DNA of 60,417 nt, filler included, from 4 parts of 4 records of this genome joined end to end with filler, not necessarily neighbours in it, one strand, 5' to 3'. Positions 48,028 through 58,871 are shown, numbered from the whole stretch's first letter. Notes: generated from the letters alone by a model not told the origin. A program made the numbers and translations.

Positions 48028-48407
48028 GTTTCACCGAGTATTGACTTGAGTTTATTCAAGAAGTATTCAGGTTCGACGGGTTTCAGCAGCCAGCCTTGAA
48101 CGCCAAATGTTTTTGCCTCAGCCACCAGGCCTTTGTCTGACAGCGCGCTCATGACAATGATGGGTGTGTGCTTGGCCACATGCCGAACCCGTTTGCAAAA
48201 CTCCATGCCGCTGATACCTGGCATGTTGATGTCGGTGATGATCAGGTCGGGCGTGCCATGGTCGACAATATATCGCAGACCTTCCTCGGCGCTGGATGCG
48301 GTTTGAGCATCGAACCCGGCTTGGCGAATTACCTCGGCATACACGCTGCGAATGGAGCGTGCGTCATCAAGCAACAGGACTGTTTTCATACTGATTTTCC
48401 ATTTCAC
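48009..48407 (-). CDS. Single-domain CheY-like response regulator
   Basis: 'LLLDD', 'ITDINMPG', 'LLKP'. Confidence 0.92.
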   Translation of the reverse strand: MKWKISMKTVLLLDDARSIRSVYAEVIRQAGFDAQTASSAEEGLRYIVDHGTPDLIITDINMPGISGMEFCKRVRHVAKHTPIIVMSALSDKGLVAEAKTFGVQGWLLKPVEPEYFLNKLKSILGETQALSS

Positions 48408-48493
48408 TGAAAAGTAGCTACAACGGAATGTTAAATCAGTACGAAATGTCTAAGACAACTTTTAACTAAAGTTAACGATGGCTTACGCTGTCC

Positions 48494-48892
48494 TTACTTG
48501 GGGCGGTTCCAGTCGTTGATGCAACCTACTTGCACTGTGTTGCGCGCCACTGGGCCTGTTTGAGTCAGGGTACGGTTTTCACCGGGCATGATGTAAAGCT
48601 CGGTCATTTGTGCGCCCACCAGCACGCGGCAACGCTTGGGGTGCTCTTTGTGCTGGTTTTCAATGTAAATCACGGTTTCTTCGCAAGACTGAGTCACGTT
48701 GGCCTTGGTGGTGCCGTCGGACAAATCCTGTTGCTGCTTGCCTTCGATGTTGCACATTGTGGCCGATGTGCTGCTGTTCTCGGCAGGCGGATTGTTGTTG
48801 GGCAGCGGCGCTACAGCCACGCATGCGGCTGCAAGTGAAGAGGCCGCGGCGATGAAGCCCAAGCGTGTGATGAGTTTCCCATTGATAGTCAT
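48494..48892 (-). CDS. Hypothetical Cys-containing lipoprotein
   Basis: Lipobox LAAAC, four additional Cys. Confidence 0.7.
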   Translation of the reverse strand: MTINGKLITRLGFIAAASSLAAACVAVAPLPNNNPPAENSSTSATMCNIEGKQQQDLSDGTTKANVTQSCEETVIYIENQHKEHPKRCRVLVGAQMTELYIMPGENRTLTQTGPVARNTVQVGCINDWNRPK

Positions 48893-49030
48893 GTTCTGTC
48901 CCTAATAAATTAAAAAGCTGGCTGATGCCTGTGATAATTGAAATACTGCCCTGACCTGCACAATTGCTATTGTGACTTATTGTGTATTTTTTTAGTTCAG
49001 GTTTTATTCTAAGCAATTTACTGATCAATC

Positions 49031-50059
49031 ATGACTTTACTTGTGACGGGTTCTGCCGGTTTTATTGGCTCGTGTTATGTGCGCCAACATTTTGAGCACA
49101 GCGCTGAGCCGGTTGTTAGCCTGGATGCGTTGACCTACGCAGGCCACTTGAGCACTTTGGGCCCTGCATTGAAGCGACCGGAGCACACCTTCGTGCATGC
49201 CTCGATTGGCGATATCCATGCCGTTCGCGCTATTTTTGAAAAGCACAAACCCCGCGCTGTGTTGAACTTTGCAGCGGAAAGTCATGTGGACAGGTCCATT
49301 CTTGGACCCGGTGAATTTATTGAAACCAATGTGGTGGGCACTTACCGTTTGCTGGAATGCGCACGAGAGTATTGGAATGGTTTGGAAGGTGAGGCCAAGG
49401 CGGGTTTTCGGTTCTTGCATGTGAGCACCGACGAGGTATACGGCACGCTAAAACCAGAAGACGCGCCATTTTCAGAAACCAACCGATACGAACCCAACAG
49501 TCCTTACTCGGCCAGCAAAGCAGCCAGCGACCACCTTGTGCGCGCCTGGCACCACACCTATGGCTTGCCGGTGCTAACCACCAATTGCAGCAACAATTAT
49601 GGGCCTTACCATTTTCCGGAAAAGCTGATCCCGCTGTGCATCATGAATGCCTTGAACGGAAAGCAGTTGCCCGTGTATGGCGATGGGCAGCAAATTCGCG
49701 ACTGGCTTTTTGTGGAAGACCACACCCGCGGCATACGCACCGTGCTTGAAAACGGTGTGCTGGGTGAAACTTACAACATTGGTGGCTGGAATGAAAAAGC
49801 CAACATCGACGTGGTGAAATTGATTTGTGCCCTGCTGGATGAACTCCAACCCCGAGCAGATGGCGTTTCGTATTCAACGCAAATTGCCTTTGTGACCGAT
49901 CGGCCCGGGCATGACCGTCGATACGCCATTGATGCACGAAAAATTCAACGCGAGTTGGGGTGGAAGCCGGTTGAAACTTTTGAGACGGGCATTCGAAAAA
50001 CCGTGCAGTGGTATTTAGCAAACCAGGCCTGGGTTGCTGAAGTGACCGCTGAACGGTGA
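49031..50059 (+). CDS. rfbB: dTDP-glucose 4,6-dehydratase
   Basis: 'VTGSAGFIG', '[11 protein letters not shown]', 'HVSTDEVYG', 'YSASKA', 'DRPGHDRRY'. Confidence 0.97.
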   Translation: MTLLVTGSAGFIGSCYVRQHFEHSAEPVVSLDALTYAGHLSTLGPALKRPEHTFVHASIGDIHAVRAIFEKHKPRAVLNFAAESHVDRSILGPGEFIETNVVGTYRLLECAREYWNGLEGEAKAGFRFLHVSTDEVYGTLKPEDAPFSETNRYEPNSPYSASKAASDHLVRAWHHTYGLPVLTTNCSNNYGPYHFPEKLIPLCIMNALNGKQLPVYGDGQQIRDWLFVEDHTRGIRTVLENGVLGETYNIGGWNEKANIDVVKLICALLDELQPRADGVSYSTQIAFVTDRPGHDRRYAIDARKIQRELGWKPVETFETGIRKTVQWYLANQAWVAEVTAER

Positions 50060-50127
50060 CTTGGGAGCCAAACTTGAATGGTCACCGATGTATTCAGTGC
50101 CCAATCGGCGGCGGTGTTTCGATCGCC

Positions 50128-50227
50128 NNNNNNNNNNNNNNNNNNNNNNNNNNNNNNNNNNNNNNNNNNNNTTAATTAATTAANNNNNNNNNNNNNNNNN
50201 NNNNNNNNNNNNNNNNNNNNNNNNNNN
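50128..50227. other. Artificial contig linker
   Basis: N44-TTAATTAATTAA-N44. Confidence 0.98.
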
Positions 50228-50499
50228 TTCCCGGCTGACATTTATGTACAGCGGGGCGGATCGCTTTCGTTAACTTTTTGTACTGCGTGTACATCCAATT
50301 AAGCTGAACGGCGAAGACAACTGCGCGACGCCTTCGCCGCCCATTTCTGCTCCGGTTTTCCCGGCATGGATTATTCCCGGAGCAAAACTTAGGTCTTTCG
50401 ATCGGGCGAACTTTAACACATTCCGCCAACATTCTATCTGCTCAAAACCGGCTCCTGAACTACTCACAGCCAATGGCGACGTCTAGATTAACGACATCT

Positions 50500-51144
50500 C
50501 TACAGTGCGATGCTGATTCCCGCTCCAGAAAACAGCCCATATTTTCCGCTGTCATGGATGCGTTCAATTCCCAGGTCAGCAACCAGGCGCATTCTTGGGG
50601 ATGTTCCCAGCGCCAGTTTAACACCGGCATTGCTGCTGAAAAGGAAACGTGTGTCGCCATCCTGTCCAGGCGCATATGTGAAGTTAACCGGACTGATATA
50701 GGGTGAGAGTCGCAACATGTCCAGGGGGTAAACATGCAGTGCCAATGTGCTGGGCAGCAAACTCGATAGAATCGCTACACCAACCGCAACAGCGGGCTCA
50801 TCCAGGTCATCGTCACAGTCTGGGTCAAGGTTAAAGCCATTCTCATCTTCTTGACAGTCATCATCGTAGTCATCAAGGCCCGTCAATGCCCAACCCGCCA
50901 GGCGTAAGCCGCCCGTAACCCGCCCATATTCCAGTTCACCATCTACGCCGATGGCAAGGTTCCAGTTAAGGCTGACGCTTTCACTTAAGAAAAGGTCGAG
51001 GCCCACTTTTAACACTCCGTGATTTAAGTCACCCTGTGTTAAATGGCCGGCGGCCAGGTTGAGTTCAAAGTCCGAGCTTTGCGCTTCTAAACTCGTTGTA
51101 ATTGTCAAAGAACAGACACAGAAACAAACAATTAACTTTTCCAT
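50500..51144 (-). CDS. Hypothetical exported beta-barrel-like protein with acidic loop
   Basis: Signal peptide, alternating strands, 'DDYDDDCQEDENG..DPDCDDD' insert. Confidence 0.65.
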   Translation of the reverse strand: MEKLIVCFCVCSLTITTSLEAQSSDFELNLAAGHLTQGDLNHGVLKVGLDLFLSESVSLNWNLAIGVDGELEYGRVTGGLRLAGWALTGLDDYDDDCQEDENGFNLDPDCDDDLDEPAVAVGVAILSSLLPSTLALHVYPLDMLRLSPYISPVNFTYAPGQDGDTRFLFSSNAGVKLALGTSPRMRLVADLGIERIHDSGKYGLFSGAGISIAL

Positions 51145-51757
51145 TACCCAATCAATTCGGCTTAAACACTCTGGATCAAATAGTTTGACTTAAACAAGCG
51201 GGGAGCGGACCGACCGTACACGACACCATTCCATTTCGTCGTATATCTCTTCCTTCTTCGTACCTTCTTCCGAGCTGCATCTGGTTAACATTTTCAGGAA
51301 ACTCCATCCCAGTTTTCTGAAGCGTTGTACCCATCTGCCTTTGAAGTGTACGGCCGGCTATCATTCCCTCATCTATGTGTTCAGGTCGTTGTCTCAAGTA
51401 ACTGGTACAAATATGCATTATCCAAGGCGCGACTTCAATGGCCCCTCTACGGTCGGGGCATATGGTTGTATATCTGGTCAATTTCAACCGATATTTGGCC
51501 AAAATCTGGTTGGCGGCGGATGTGTGGAGCCCTTTTGTGCCGTGCTAAAACGGTGTTTTCACGTGATAAACAGACGTATTTCAGCCTCGATTTTTGCCGT
51601 TTTTGGCTTGTTTTGGACGTAATTGCGAATGCAGGGCTTCATCAGACCAAGATCGCTTTGAGCTTGGCACTTGCCCTGGCGGGCGGCGCACCACACTCAG
51701 GCTCTTTGATTTTCTTGTTTGTCACCGGGTGAGAAGCGCCGATTCCAAGCGACTTTG

Positions 51758-51820
51758 AACTGTTGCGTGCGCAACCATTGCACTCACAGCCATTGCGTCT
51801 GCAACTGTTGCACCAACAGC
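51758..51820. repeat. Imperfect 15-bp tandem repeat, about 4 copies
   Basis: AACTGTTGCgtgcgc AACCATTGCactcac AGCCATTGCgtctgc AACTGTTGCaccaac. Confidence 0.7.
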
Positions 51821-51994
51821 AATCTACCAGAATGCAAGCCCAGAGACGTAAGACTGAATAAAATGCTACAGACTGTAAACTCAGTGCAAAACAAGAAAAA
51901 GCAGCAAGCCCAACCGAAAAGCCAGAAGTGCCAACGCAGGGCGCAGGCGGGAGGCGAAGCGCTCAAGAATCCATCAACAACATTAAACAATTAT

Positions 51995-52768
51995 CTAGCG
52001 CAGAAGCTCTGACAAACGTTTGATCAGTTCGTCCTTTTTACGGCGCGAAACGGCTATCGTGGCAGCATCGCGCATCTCCACACGACCGCCGTCACTGCGG
52101 ATGTACTTAACAACGTGATCCAGGTTAACAAGGTGTGAATTGTGCACGCGGAAAAAATCGGAATCGCCCAGCATGTCGTCGTAGGTTTTAATCGGTTTGG
52201 ATACGACAATTTTATCACCGCTAAGCAGCACTACTTCGGTATACGAGCCGGAAGCCTCAAAACGCACAATATCCTTGATTTCCACAAACTGCAGGCCATC
52301 GCTAAACGGAAGTGCAATTTTGGCATTTGCGGGCGAAGCCGCTTTAACATTTTCGAGGAGGCCCTGCAGCGCTACCTGCGTCTCGACCGGATCCGATGAA
52401 GCGGGATTCGAGAGTTCCGTGCGTGCGCGTCCAACGGCCTGCACAAGTTCTTCACCATCAATGGGTTTAAGCAGATAGTCCAGCGCGGCAAATTTTATGG
52501 CCTTGAGTGCATATTCGCCATGTGCCGTCGTAAAAATCACTTTAAAACCGAGATCGCCAACCTGTTCCAGCAGCTGAAAGCCACTGCCGCCCGGCATTTG
52601 AATATCCAGAAAAACGATGCTCGGCTGATGTTCGCGTACGGCTTCCACGCCGGCGGCAGCCGAATCTGCCTCACCTAAAATTTTAACATCGGGACAGTGC
52701 ATTTCCAGGAGTGTGCGGAGCGTTTTACGCCCACGGGGTTCGTCATCGACGATCAGAGCGGTCAGCAT
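51995..52768 (-). CDS. LytTR-family response regulator
   Basis: REC 'IVDDE', 'FLDIQMPG', 'DYLLKP' plus LytTR 'FFRVHNSHLVN', 'VSRRK'. Confidence 0.96.
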   Translation of the reverse strand: MLTALIVDDEPRGRKTLRTLLEMHCPDVKILGEADSAAAGVEAVREHQPSIVFLDIQMPGGSGFQLLEQVGDLGFKVIFTTAHGEYALKAIKFAALDYLLKPIDGEELVQAVGRARTELSNPASSDPVETQVALQGLLENVKAASPANAKIALPFSDGLQFVEIKDIVRFEASGSYTEVVLLSGDKIVVSKPIKTYDDMLGDSDFFRVHNSHLVNLDHVVKYIRSDGGRVEMRDAATIAVSRRKKDELIKRLSELLR

Positions 52769-52852
52769 GCGGGTGCATTCCAGCTAATATGGATGAAGTC
52801 GGGCCGGGAAATCATCTGCAGCAACATCGCGCTTGTTACAGAAGCCACTAAG

Positions 52853-55800
52853 TTAGTGCAGCGGAACCAATATTTCTACTTTTGTGCCGCAGGCAGTGCC
52901 GTCATCATTGTACAGATCACGCACGGTAACCCGAAATTTATTGGAACGCCCCTGGGACATAACGTCCATTCGCTGGCGGGTGACGTCCATGCCGACGGAC
53001 TTACGATCCAGGTCATCGCGTTTGCGCAGCTCCTGCGCCTTGGCGCGGCCTATTCCATTATCCTCCACGCAGATGCGCACAGTGTTTTCATCGGCAGGCG
53101 CAACCTGTACCAGCAGCAAACCACGTTCGCTGCGATTGGCCAGGCCGTGCAGGATTGCATTTTCCACATAGGGCTGTATCAGCAGCGGCGGCACGTTAAT
53201 TTCATCGAGCGACACACTCGGATCGATGCGAAACTCGGTAGCGTATTTGTGCTCAAAACGCAGTCCTTCCAGATCCGTATAATAGCGCAGAGCGTCAAGT
53301 TCTTCAGCCAGCGTAATCAGATCGCGCTGCGAATTTTCGAGCACCAGCCGCATCAGGCGTGCAAATTTTGTGAGGTACTGCAGCGCTCCGCGCGTATCAC
53401 TTTCAACAATCAGACTTACGATTGAGTTGAGCGAGTTAAACATGAAGTGCGGATTCATCTGCGAACGCAGTGCCTGCAGTCGGTAAGACAGGACTTTACC
53501 CTGCAGTTCGGCACGTTCGCGCACCACCCGCAAGCGCAGCCAAACAGCCCCAATTATCAGTCCAAGCAGCAATACCACAGCCGAGACTTTGAACCACAGG
53601 GTCTGGTAAATCGCCGGGTGAATCACGATGCGAAGCGTTGCCGAACGCCCCGCCACGCCGTCGGTATTGCGGCCCATCACGCGGAAAGTGTAGTCACCGG
53701 GCGGCACGGATGTGTACTGCGCTACGCGGCGTGCTCCCGAGCTTCCACGCGGGCGTGTTTCAAAGTTCTCCAGCTGATACGAATAGCCGTTTTGCGTGGG
53801 GTTGGTAAAATCCAGGGCGGCAAACTCAATGCTGAAGAAGTTTTGATCGTGCTCCAAATCTATGCGGCGCTGGTAGACAATGGAAGAGTCGAGTGGCAGC
53901 TCCTCCTCATAGACCTTAAACCCGGTAATGTGTACTGAAGGCGGCGCGCTAATTTCACGGACGTTAAATGGATGAAAAATCACCATGCCGCTGCTGCCAC
54001 CAAAATACAGTTCGCCAACATTGTTGCGGAATCGCGATCCAAACACAAAGTCGCTGACAAGCAGACCGTCGGCCTGTGTATAATGCTGGAAAAGATTGGC
54101 TGAAGGCGTAAAACGCGTAATTCCGGTATTTGTGCTCAGCCACAGCTGCCCGGATTCACCAGGCAAAATCGCTGTGACAATTGCAGCGCCCAGGCCGCGG
54201 CTGCGGTCAAATATCTCGCCCTCGGCGGTCTCGGGATTGTAGGCTATCAGCCCTGCACCAGTGGCCAGCCAGACCGTCCCATCGGGTCCAACGCGAATAT
54301 CGCGAACTCGTTCGGCCCCCGGGCCGGCGCTGCTTAAGAGTTTGAGCGGCACGCGCTGCATCTGATAGTCGAGCGTGGAGAGTGCCGCCAGGCCGTTGTA
54401 GGTCCCAATCCAGAGCGTCGAGTGCTCAGCGTCGAGCGCCAGCGCGCCGATGCGGTTGCCGGGAAGTGAAGCCGGATTCTGCGGATCGTGACTAAAGCGG
54501 CGCAATTGTCCGGTGCTGGGCTCGTAGAGATACACGCCGCGCCGGTTGGAGCCGATCCAGAGGCGGCCGGCGACATCTTCGAGCAAGCGTTGTATGCGCA
54601 TGCCACCACCGACATAGCCGGGGACGGAATCGAGGAAAAAACGCTCAAATTCCTGTGTCTCAGGGTCAAAGTGGTTGAGGCCGCGGCTGGCGCCAATCCA
54701 CATCCCGCCGTTGCGCGCAGGCACAATTGCGTTGATCACATTATCGCTGACCGTTGTTGGGTCGTCGGATTCATGCTCAAAATACTGGACCTGGGGCTCA
54801 AAGGCGTCGATGCGGTTGAGTCCCCCGCCACCGGTTCCGACCCAGATAATGCCGTCATCGTCTTCGTAGATACTTTTAACGCGGCTATGGCTCAGCCCCT
54901 GCTGTTCGGTCGTATCACGTCCATAGTGTCCAAATATCCAGCGCCGACTGGTTAACTTGGCCAGGCCGCCGTTTGTGCCGATCCAGAGGTTGCCGGCGCG
55001 ATCTTTGTAGATGCTGTGCACGCGGCTGCCGGCCAGGCTAAAGGGATTTTCCGAGCGGACAAATTGGTCGGTTTTATTGGCGGCCAGATTGTGGCGCAGA
55101 AGCCCGGCGGAGCGCGTCCCCAGCCAGATTATTTCGGTACTGTCGCGATAGACTGACAGGATTTGCTGTGCGCCACTTTTCTCAAATTCCAGCGAATCGA
55201 GGCTGAATTTGTCGTAACTGTCCAGTTGTGGATCCACGCGGTAGAATTCCGGCCCGGCACCGGCCCAGAGCGCGCCGTGGCTATCGCGGAACAATGCTTT
55301 TGTGCTTTTGAAGCGTCCAAACTCCCAGGTGCGCGGTTCTACAGCCAAACTGAATTTGGCGGCTGCCGGATCCCATTTCCAGAGACCGCTGCCGTCCACG
55401 CCAACCCAAATGTTGCCGTCGGCATCGCTGTTAAGTGCCACTGGTTCGGTAAGGTTTACAAAGTCGCGCTTAAACAGTTCAGCAGGAAATTCGGTTACCT
55501 GCCCACTGCTTCTATCATATCTGCATAAAGGAATCTGCTCATCGTTCTGCAAAATCCAGATCTGCCCGGCGGTATCTTCAGCCAGGGCAATGATCGGCGC
55601 TAAAAGCTGCGACTCCAGCCTGTCTTGGCCGTCCGCGGACTTCGCTGAAGCACGGACTTCAGTTTCGCTTTCGTTTTTGGCGGCATCGCCAAGGTCATCA
55701 GCTTCGGCGAGTTTTGTAGCTGTTACGGTGCTCGCGGTCAGGCGCGCCAGCGGTTCAAAGCGCATTCGCCGGCGGTCGAGGCGCACGAGGCCGCCATTGG

Positions 55801-56194
55801 CAGTGCCAATCCACAAATAGCCGTCGCTGGATTCCAGCAGACACTCAACCTGCGAGTCGGTGATCGAAAATGAGTCGAGCGGATTGGGCCGGTAGGTCTT
55901 GAATGAATACGCATCAAAGCGGCAGAGCCCGTCACGCGTGCCCAGCCACAGGAAGTCATCACTGCATTGCAGAATCGCCAGGACGTGATTATCACTCAGG
56001 CCATCGACCGTCGTATAGGTCTCAAAACGCACTTCGCTGAACGGGGCCTGCGCCAGAGTGTTTGGCAAACACAGGAAGGTCGTCGCGAGCAGAATAACAA
56101 ACAACATAGATGCACCGCACGGCAGGCGACGCGCAGTAGTGGCCAAATGAATCTGCCATATACTTGTATGTTCTGTTTTCCCGGAATTGATCAT
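52853..56194 (-). CDS. Beta-propeller / Y_Y_Y sensor with LytS-type histidine kinase
   Basis: Repeated 'D..G.LWIGT..GL' blades, 'YTSVPPGDYTFRV', TM, 'LRSQMNPHFMFNSLN', 'QPYVENAILHG'; start uncertain. Confidence 0.93.
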   Translation of the reverse strand: MINSGKTEHTSIWQIHLATTARRLPCGASMLFVILLATTFLCLPNTLAQAPFSEVRFETYTTVDGLSDNHVLAILQCSDDFLWLGTRDGLCRFDAYSFKTYRPNPLDSFSITDSQVECLLESSDGYLWIGTANGGLVRLDRRRMRFEPLARLTASTVTATKLAEADDLGDAAKNESETEVRASAKSADGQDRLESQLLAPIIALAEDTAGQIWILQNDEQIPLCRYDRSSGQVTEFPAELFKRDFVNLTEPVALNSDADGNIWVGVDGSGLWKWDPAAAKFSLAVEPRTWEFGRFKSTKALFRDSHGALWAGAGPEFYRVDPQLDSYDKFSLDSLEFEKSGAQQILSVYRDSTEIIWLGTRSAGLLRHNLAANKTDQFVRSENPFSLAGSRVHSIYKDRAGNLWIGTNGGLAKLTSRRWIFGHYGRDTTEQQGLSHSRVKSIYEDDDGIIWVGTGGGGLNRIDAFEPQVQYFEHESDDPTTVSDNVINAIVPARNGGMWIGASRGLNHFDPETQEFERFFLDSVPGYVGGGMRIQRLLEDVAGRLWIGSNRRGVYLYEPSTGQLRRFSHDPQNPASLPGNRIGALALDAEHSTLWIGTYNGLAALSTLDYQMQRVPLKLLSSAGPGAERVRDIRVGPDGTVWLATGAGLIAYNPETAEGEIFDRSRGLGAAIVTAILPGESGQLWLSTNTGITRFTPSANLFQHYTQADGLLVSDFVFGSRFRNNVGELYFGGSSGMVIFHPFNVREISAPPSVHITGFKVYEEELPLDSSIVYQRRIDLEHDQNFFSIEFAALDFTNPTQNGYSYQLENFETRPRGSSGARRVAQYTSVPPGDYTFRVMGRNTDGVAGRSATLRIVIHPAIYQTLWFKVSAVVLLLGLIIGAVWLRLRVVRERAELQGKVLSYRLQALRSQMNPHFMFNSLNSIVSLIVESDTRGALQYLTKFARLMRLVLENSQRDLITLAEELDALRYYTDLEGLRFEHKYATEFRIDPSVSLDEINVPPLLIQPYVENAILHGLANRSERGLLLVQVAPADENTVRICVEDNGIGRAKAQELRKRDDLDRKSVGMDVTRQRMDVMSQGRSNKFRVTVRDLYNDDGTACGTKVEILVPLH

Positions 56195-56295
56195 TGCGCC
56201 GCAAAATAGGAAAATACGGCGCTTGTCCTGCCTGCAAAAATTGGTCGCTCCCCGGGCTCGTGATGTTTCCCTGGAATTTCATCAACAAAATGACA

Positions 56296-56317
56296 CAGGC
56301 CGGTAAATACCGGCCTG
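56296..56317 (-). terminator. Probable intrinsic terminator after the META gene
   Basis: CAGGCCGGTA-AA-TACCGGCCTG hairpin, T-rich downstream on minus strand. Confidence 0.5.
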
Positions 56318-56392
56318 GACTTACAGAAATTGTTTTTTGAGTTCTAGGTGTTTAACAGAAAACTAAAACACCTCTCTCTATGAGAACTTTAT

Positions 56393-57355
56393 TTACTCAT
56401 TTGGCAATTGCAAAGTAAATTTCGTCGTCGGCACACCACCTTCTACCGTCACGATCGTAGTCTCAGTTTCCGGACCATCTGGATTTTGCTGGAGATTGCG
56501 GACAATAACTGTCTCTACTGGAGCAAGGGTAAACCGCAGCGTTTCTGTGATTTCGGAATCACAGGGGTCATTAACTTCGTTTTTGCTGATTTGCAGCGCA
56601 ACTGTGTTCAAACTTGCCGAGAAAATCGGACTGCGCCTAACATCAAAAGTATGCTCTTCGCAGCCGCCGCTGTACCGTACTTCCACGACTAAGATGTAGC
56701 CTGTCTGCGGTGGCGGCGCGGTTTCTATGCGTGCATCAAGGAGCTTAAACGGCCCAGTTGAATAGCTGGTGGCATCCGTTCCACCATTGAGTATCACCGG
56801 TTTGATCTTAAACAAGGGGTCGGTTGCTTCCTTGAAAATCAGGGTGCGCTCCTGATTTGAAGAAGGGTCAACGAAGTACAACTCTAATTCGGTCGCACTC
56901 AGCCGGTAATTTGTGGCGTCACGCAGCAGCTCAAGGTATGTTTCAGATAGGCCATCCTGGCACTTTTCGCCATTGGTTTGCGGTTCGATCAGATCAACCT
57001 GCTTACCTTCTTTATCACCTGAATATGGCGCAGTAAACGTATCACAGGCCACCGTGCCGCGGCAAGTAGAGTCGTTCCTGAATTCGATCGTGTAGACCGC
57101 CGATTGCGGCGGCGTCACCCAGCCATTTTCATCAGGAATCATCAGAAACAAACGCCATTGTTTGCCCTGGATTTCAGTAAATGGGTTTGCGGGATCCACG
57201 GGTGTGACCGAAGGTTCACTCGGATTGATCGTAGCTTCGCCACAGCCTTTGAACAGTGCCGCGCCGCAGAGCAGCAGCACAAAAGCCAAGGCCCTGGAAA
57301 GTTGAACCTTGCGGCTCAAATCCAGTCGAGTGTGTATAAGTCTATTAATCTGCAT
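56393..57355 (-). CDS. META/HslJ-domain lipoprotein
   Basis: Lipobox FKGC, 'WRL...YTIEF...GTVACDTF...C...YLELL'; second domain 'YSGGCEEHTF...DPC'. Confidence 0.75.
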   Translation of the reverse strand: MQINRLIHTRLDLSRKVQLSRALAFVLLLCGAALFKGCGEATINPSEPSVTPVDPANPFTEIQGKQWRLFLMIPDENGWVTPPQSAVYTIEFRNDSTCRGTVACDTFTAPYSGDKEGKQVDLIEPQTNGEKCQDGLSETYLELLRDATNYRLSATELELYFVDPSSNQERTLIFKEATDPLFKIKPVILNGGTDATSYSTGPFKLLDARIETAPPPQTGYILVVEVRYSGGCEEHTFDVRRSPIFSASLNTVALQISKNEVNDPCDSEITETLRFTLAPVETVIVRNLQQNPDGPETETTIVTVEGGVPTTKFTLQLPNE

Positions 57356-57379
57356 TGTGTGAGCCTCTTTCGCAGTGCA

Positions 57380-58846
57380 TCAAAATTTGATGCGCATTCC
57401 ATACGCCGCACCAAGTTTTGCGGCGCTAAATATTTGACCATCTAACTGATAAAACAACATGCTGCCATCCAGCCCAACATCAAAGGAGATACGCTCTGAT
57501 GCCTGCCAGGACAGCGCCGTATACAAGCGGCCAAGCGGACCGCTGCGGCTGCCGGCCAAACCCAGCTGAGTCAATACATCAACATCAATCGGAACAAAAT
57601 GTAGTGGAAGACGCATCTCTGCAGCAGCACCCAGCCACCAATGACGCTCTTCCAGGCTAAATCCAAGTTCAGAGTCATCTGCAATATATAACGGGAAGGT
57701 CTCCTGCCCACCTTCAATTCCCAGCGACCAGGTGTCATCCAGGTTGAGCATAAGTGCCATAGAAAGATTGTTGAACCAGGGCCCCACCTGCTCGCGACCA
57801 ATGGAGCGCAGTGGATACCACTCCAGATTTTCGAGTCCACGAATCTGAAATGAAATGCCGTCGAACAAACCGGAATCCGTCCAGAGTGGCGAAGGCAGGG
57901 ATTCGGATTGTGGCAAGACACCTGTCAGAGCATCGGCGGAGACGCGCGCTACCATCGGCTGATCCGCGCGCCGGAAGTCTGCCAGCAGCACATCCGCAGC
58001 ACTACGCGTGGCATTCATGGCGGCTGAGTTGCCGGCGGCATCTGCGTCGGCAGCATTCTCGCTGCCGGCCGCACGAGAATTGGCCTGCGCCAGCTCATTT
58101 GTCAACATCTGAATCGCCGCGAGAAGTTCGGCTTCGCGCGCTGCAGTTGCCAGCGCAACCCCGTCCAGTCTTCGATCAACTTCTTTATTGAATTCGGCAG
58201 AATCAAATGCCGCGGTCGCGCCATTCTGCGCAGATGCCAAATTTTCCCGTTGACTGCTGAGCGCCAGCAGCTCGCGCTGCAGTTGCAGGTTTTTAGACTC
58301 GAATTCCGTACGCTCTGCCAGAGCGGAATGCAGGGCGCTATGCATCGCGGCCAGACTGTCGGCCATAAAACTGTTTTCGCCTTCGACACTTGCGAAACCG
58401 TTTTGTGACTCGGCGTGTGCCCCCCCGGGACCGCCGTCAAACCACAGATACATCAGCATAGCGCCCAACAGCAGTCCACCAACCATCGCAATTGGCACTG
58501 GCCAGTTACGACGTCTGTTCTTATCAGATTTTTCTGTGGCAGCTCCTACGGGCACATCGTTGGAGCCCGCGCCTGAGCCTATAGCACTCGTTCCTGTCAG
58601 GAGTGACGCAGGTGGCGTCATTCCGGCGCGCGTAAAGAGATTTTGCGCTACGGGAATCGGCGTCTGCACGTCTGCGCGATCCTGCTCAAGAGCAGAACGA
58701 ATGCGCATCGCCTCCGCAAACTCGGCCTGGAGTTCATCATCCCTTGAGAGCGCCGCAAACAGTACAGACTGTTCTGTGGACGTCGCCTCATTATCGATAA
58801 ACAGATCGATAAGTTCGGATGGAGAATAATTGTGCGAATCTGCCAT
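57380..58846 (-). CDS. Putative anti-sigma factor with TM, coiled coil and C-terminal beta-barrel
   Basis: 'ELIDLFIDNEAT' N-term directly after the ECF gene, single TM, amphipathic strands ending 'YGMRIKF'. Confidence 0.7.
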   Translation of the reverse strand: MADSHNYSPSELIDLFIDNEATSTEQSVLFAALSRDDELQAEFAEAMRIRSALEQDRADVQTPIPVAQNLFTRAGMTPPASLLTGTSAIGSGAGSNDVPVGAATEKSDKNRRRNWPVPIAMVGGLLLGAMLMYLWFDGGPGGAHAESQNGFASVEGENSFMADSLAAMHSALHSALAERTEFESKNLQLQRELLALSSQRENLASAQNGATAAFDSAEFNKEVDRRLDGVALATAAREAELLAAIQMLTNELAQANSRAAGSENAADADAAGNSAAMNATRSAADVLLADFRRADQPMVARVSADALTGVLPQSESLPSPLWTDSGLFDGISFQIRGLENLEWYPLRSIGREQVGPWFNNLSMALMLNLDDTWSLGIEGGQETFPLYIADDSELGFSLEERHWWLGAAAEMRLPLHFVPIDVDVLTQLGLAGSRSGPLGRLYTALSWQASERISFDVGLDGSMLFYQLDGQIFSAAKLGAAYGMRIKF

Positions 58847-58871
58847 TATGCTTTATCCATTTCAGATAGAT

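Noticed and set aside
47400-50127. ops/JUMPstart element expected with RfaH
   Set aside because: No convincing GGCGGTAG match seen; it may lie upstream of the truncated gmd.
20817-50227. Three identical TTAATTAATTAA motifs within N runs, and any cross-segment gene linkage
   Set aside because: Artificial concatenation linkers; the four segments come from different organisms, so neighbourhoods across them mean nothing.
51719-52012. Cys-rich 97-aa ORF as a metallothionein or RiPP precursor
   Set aside because: The Cys pattern arises from the 15-bp DNA repeat; no clear RBS and no maturation genes nearby.
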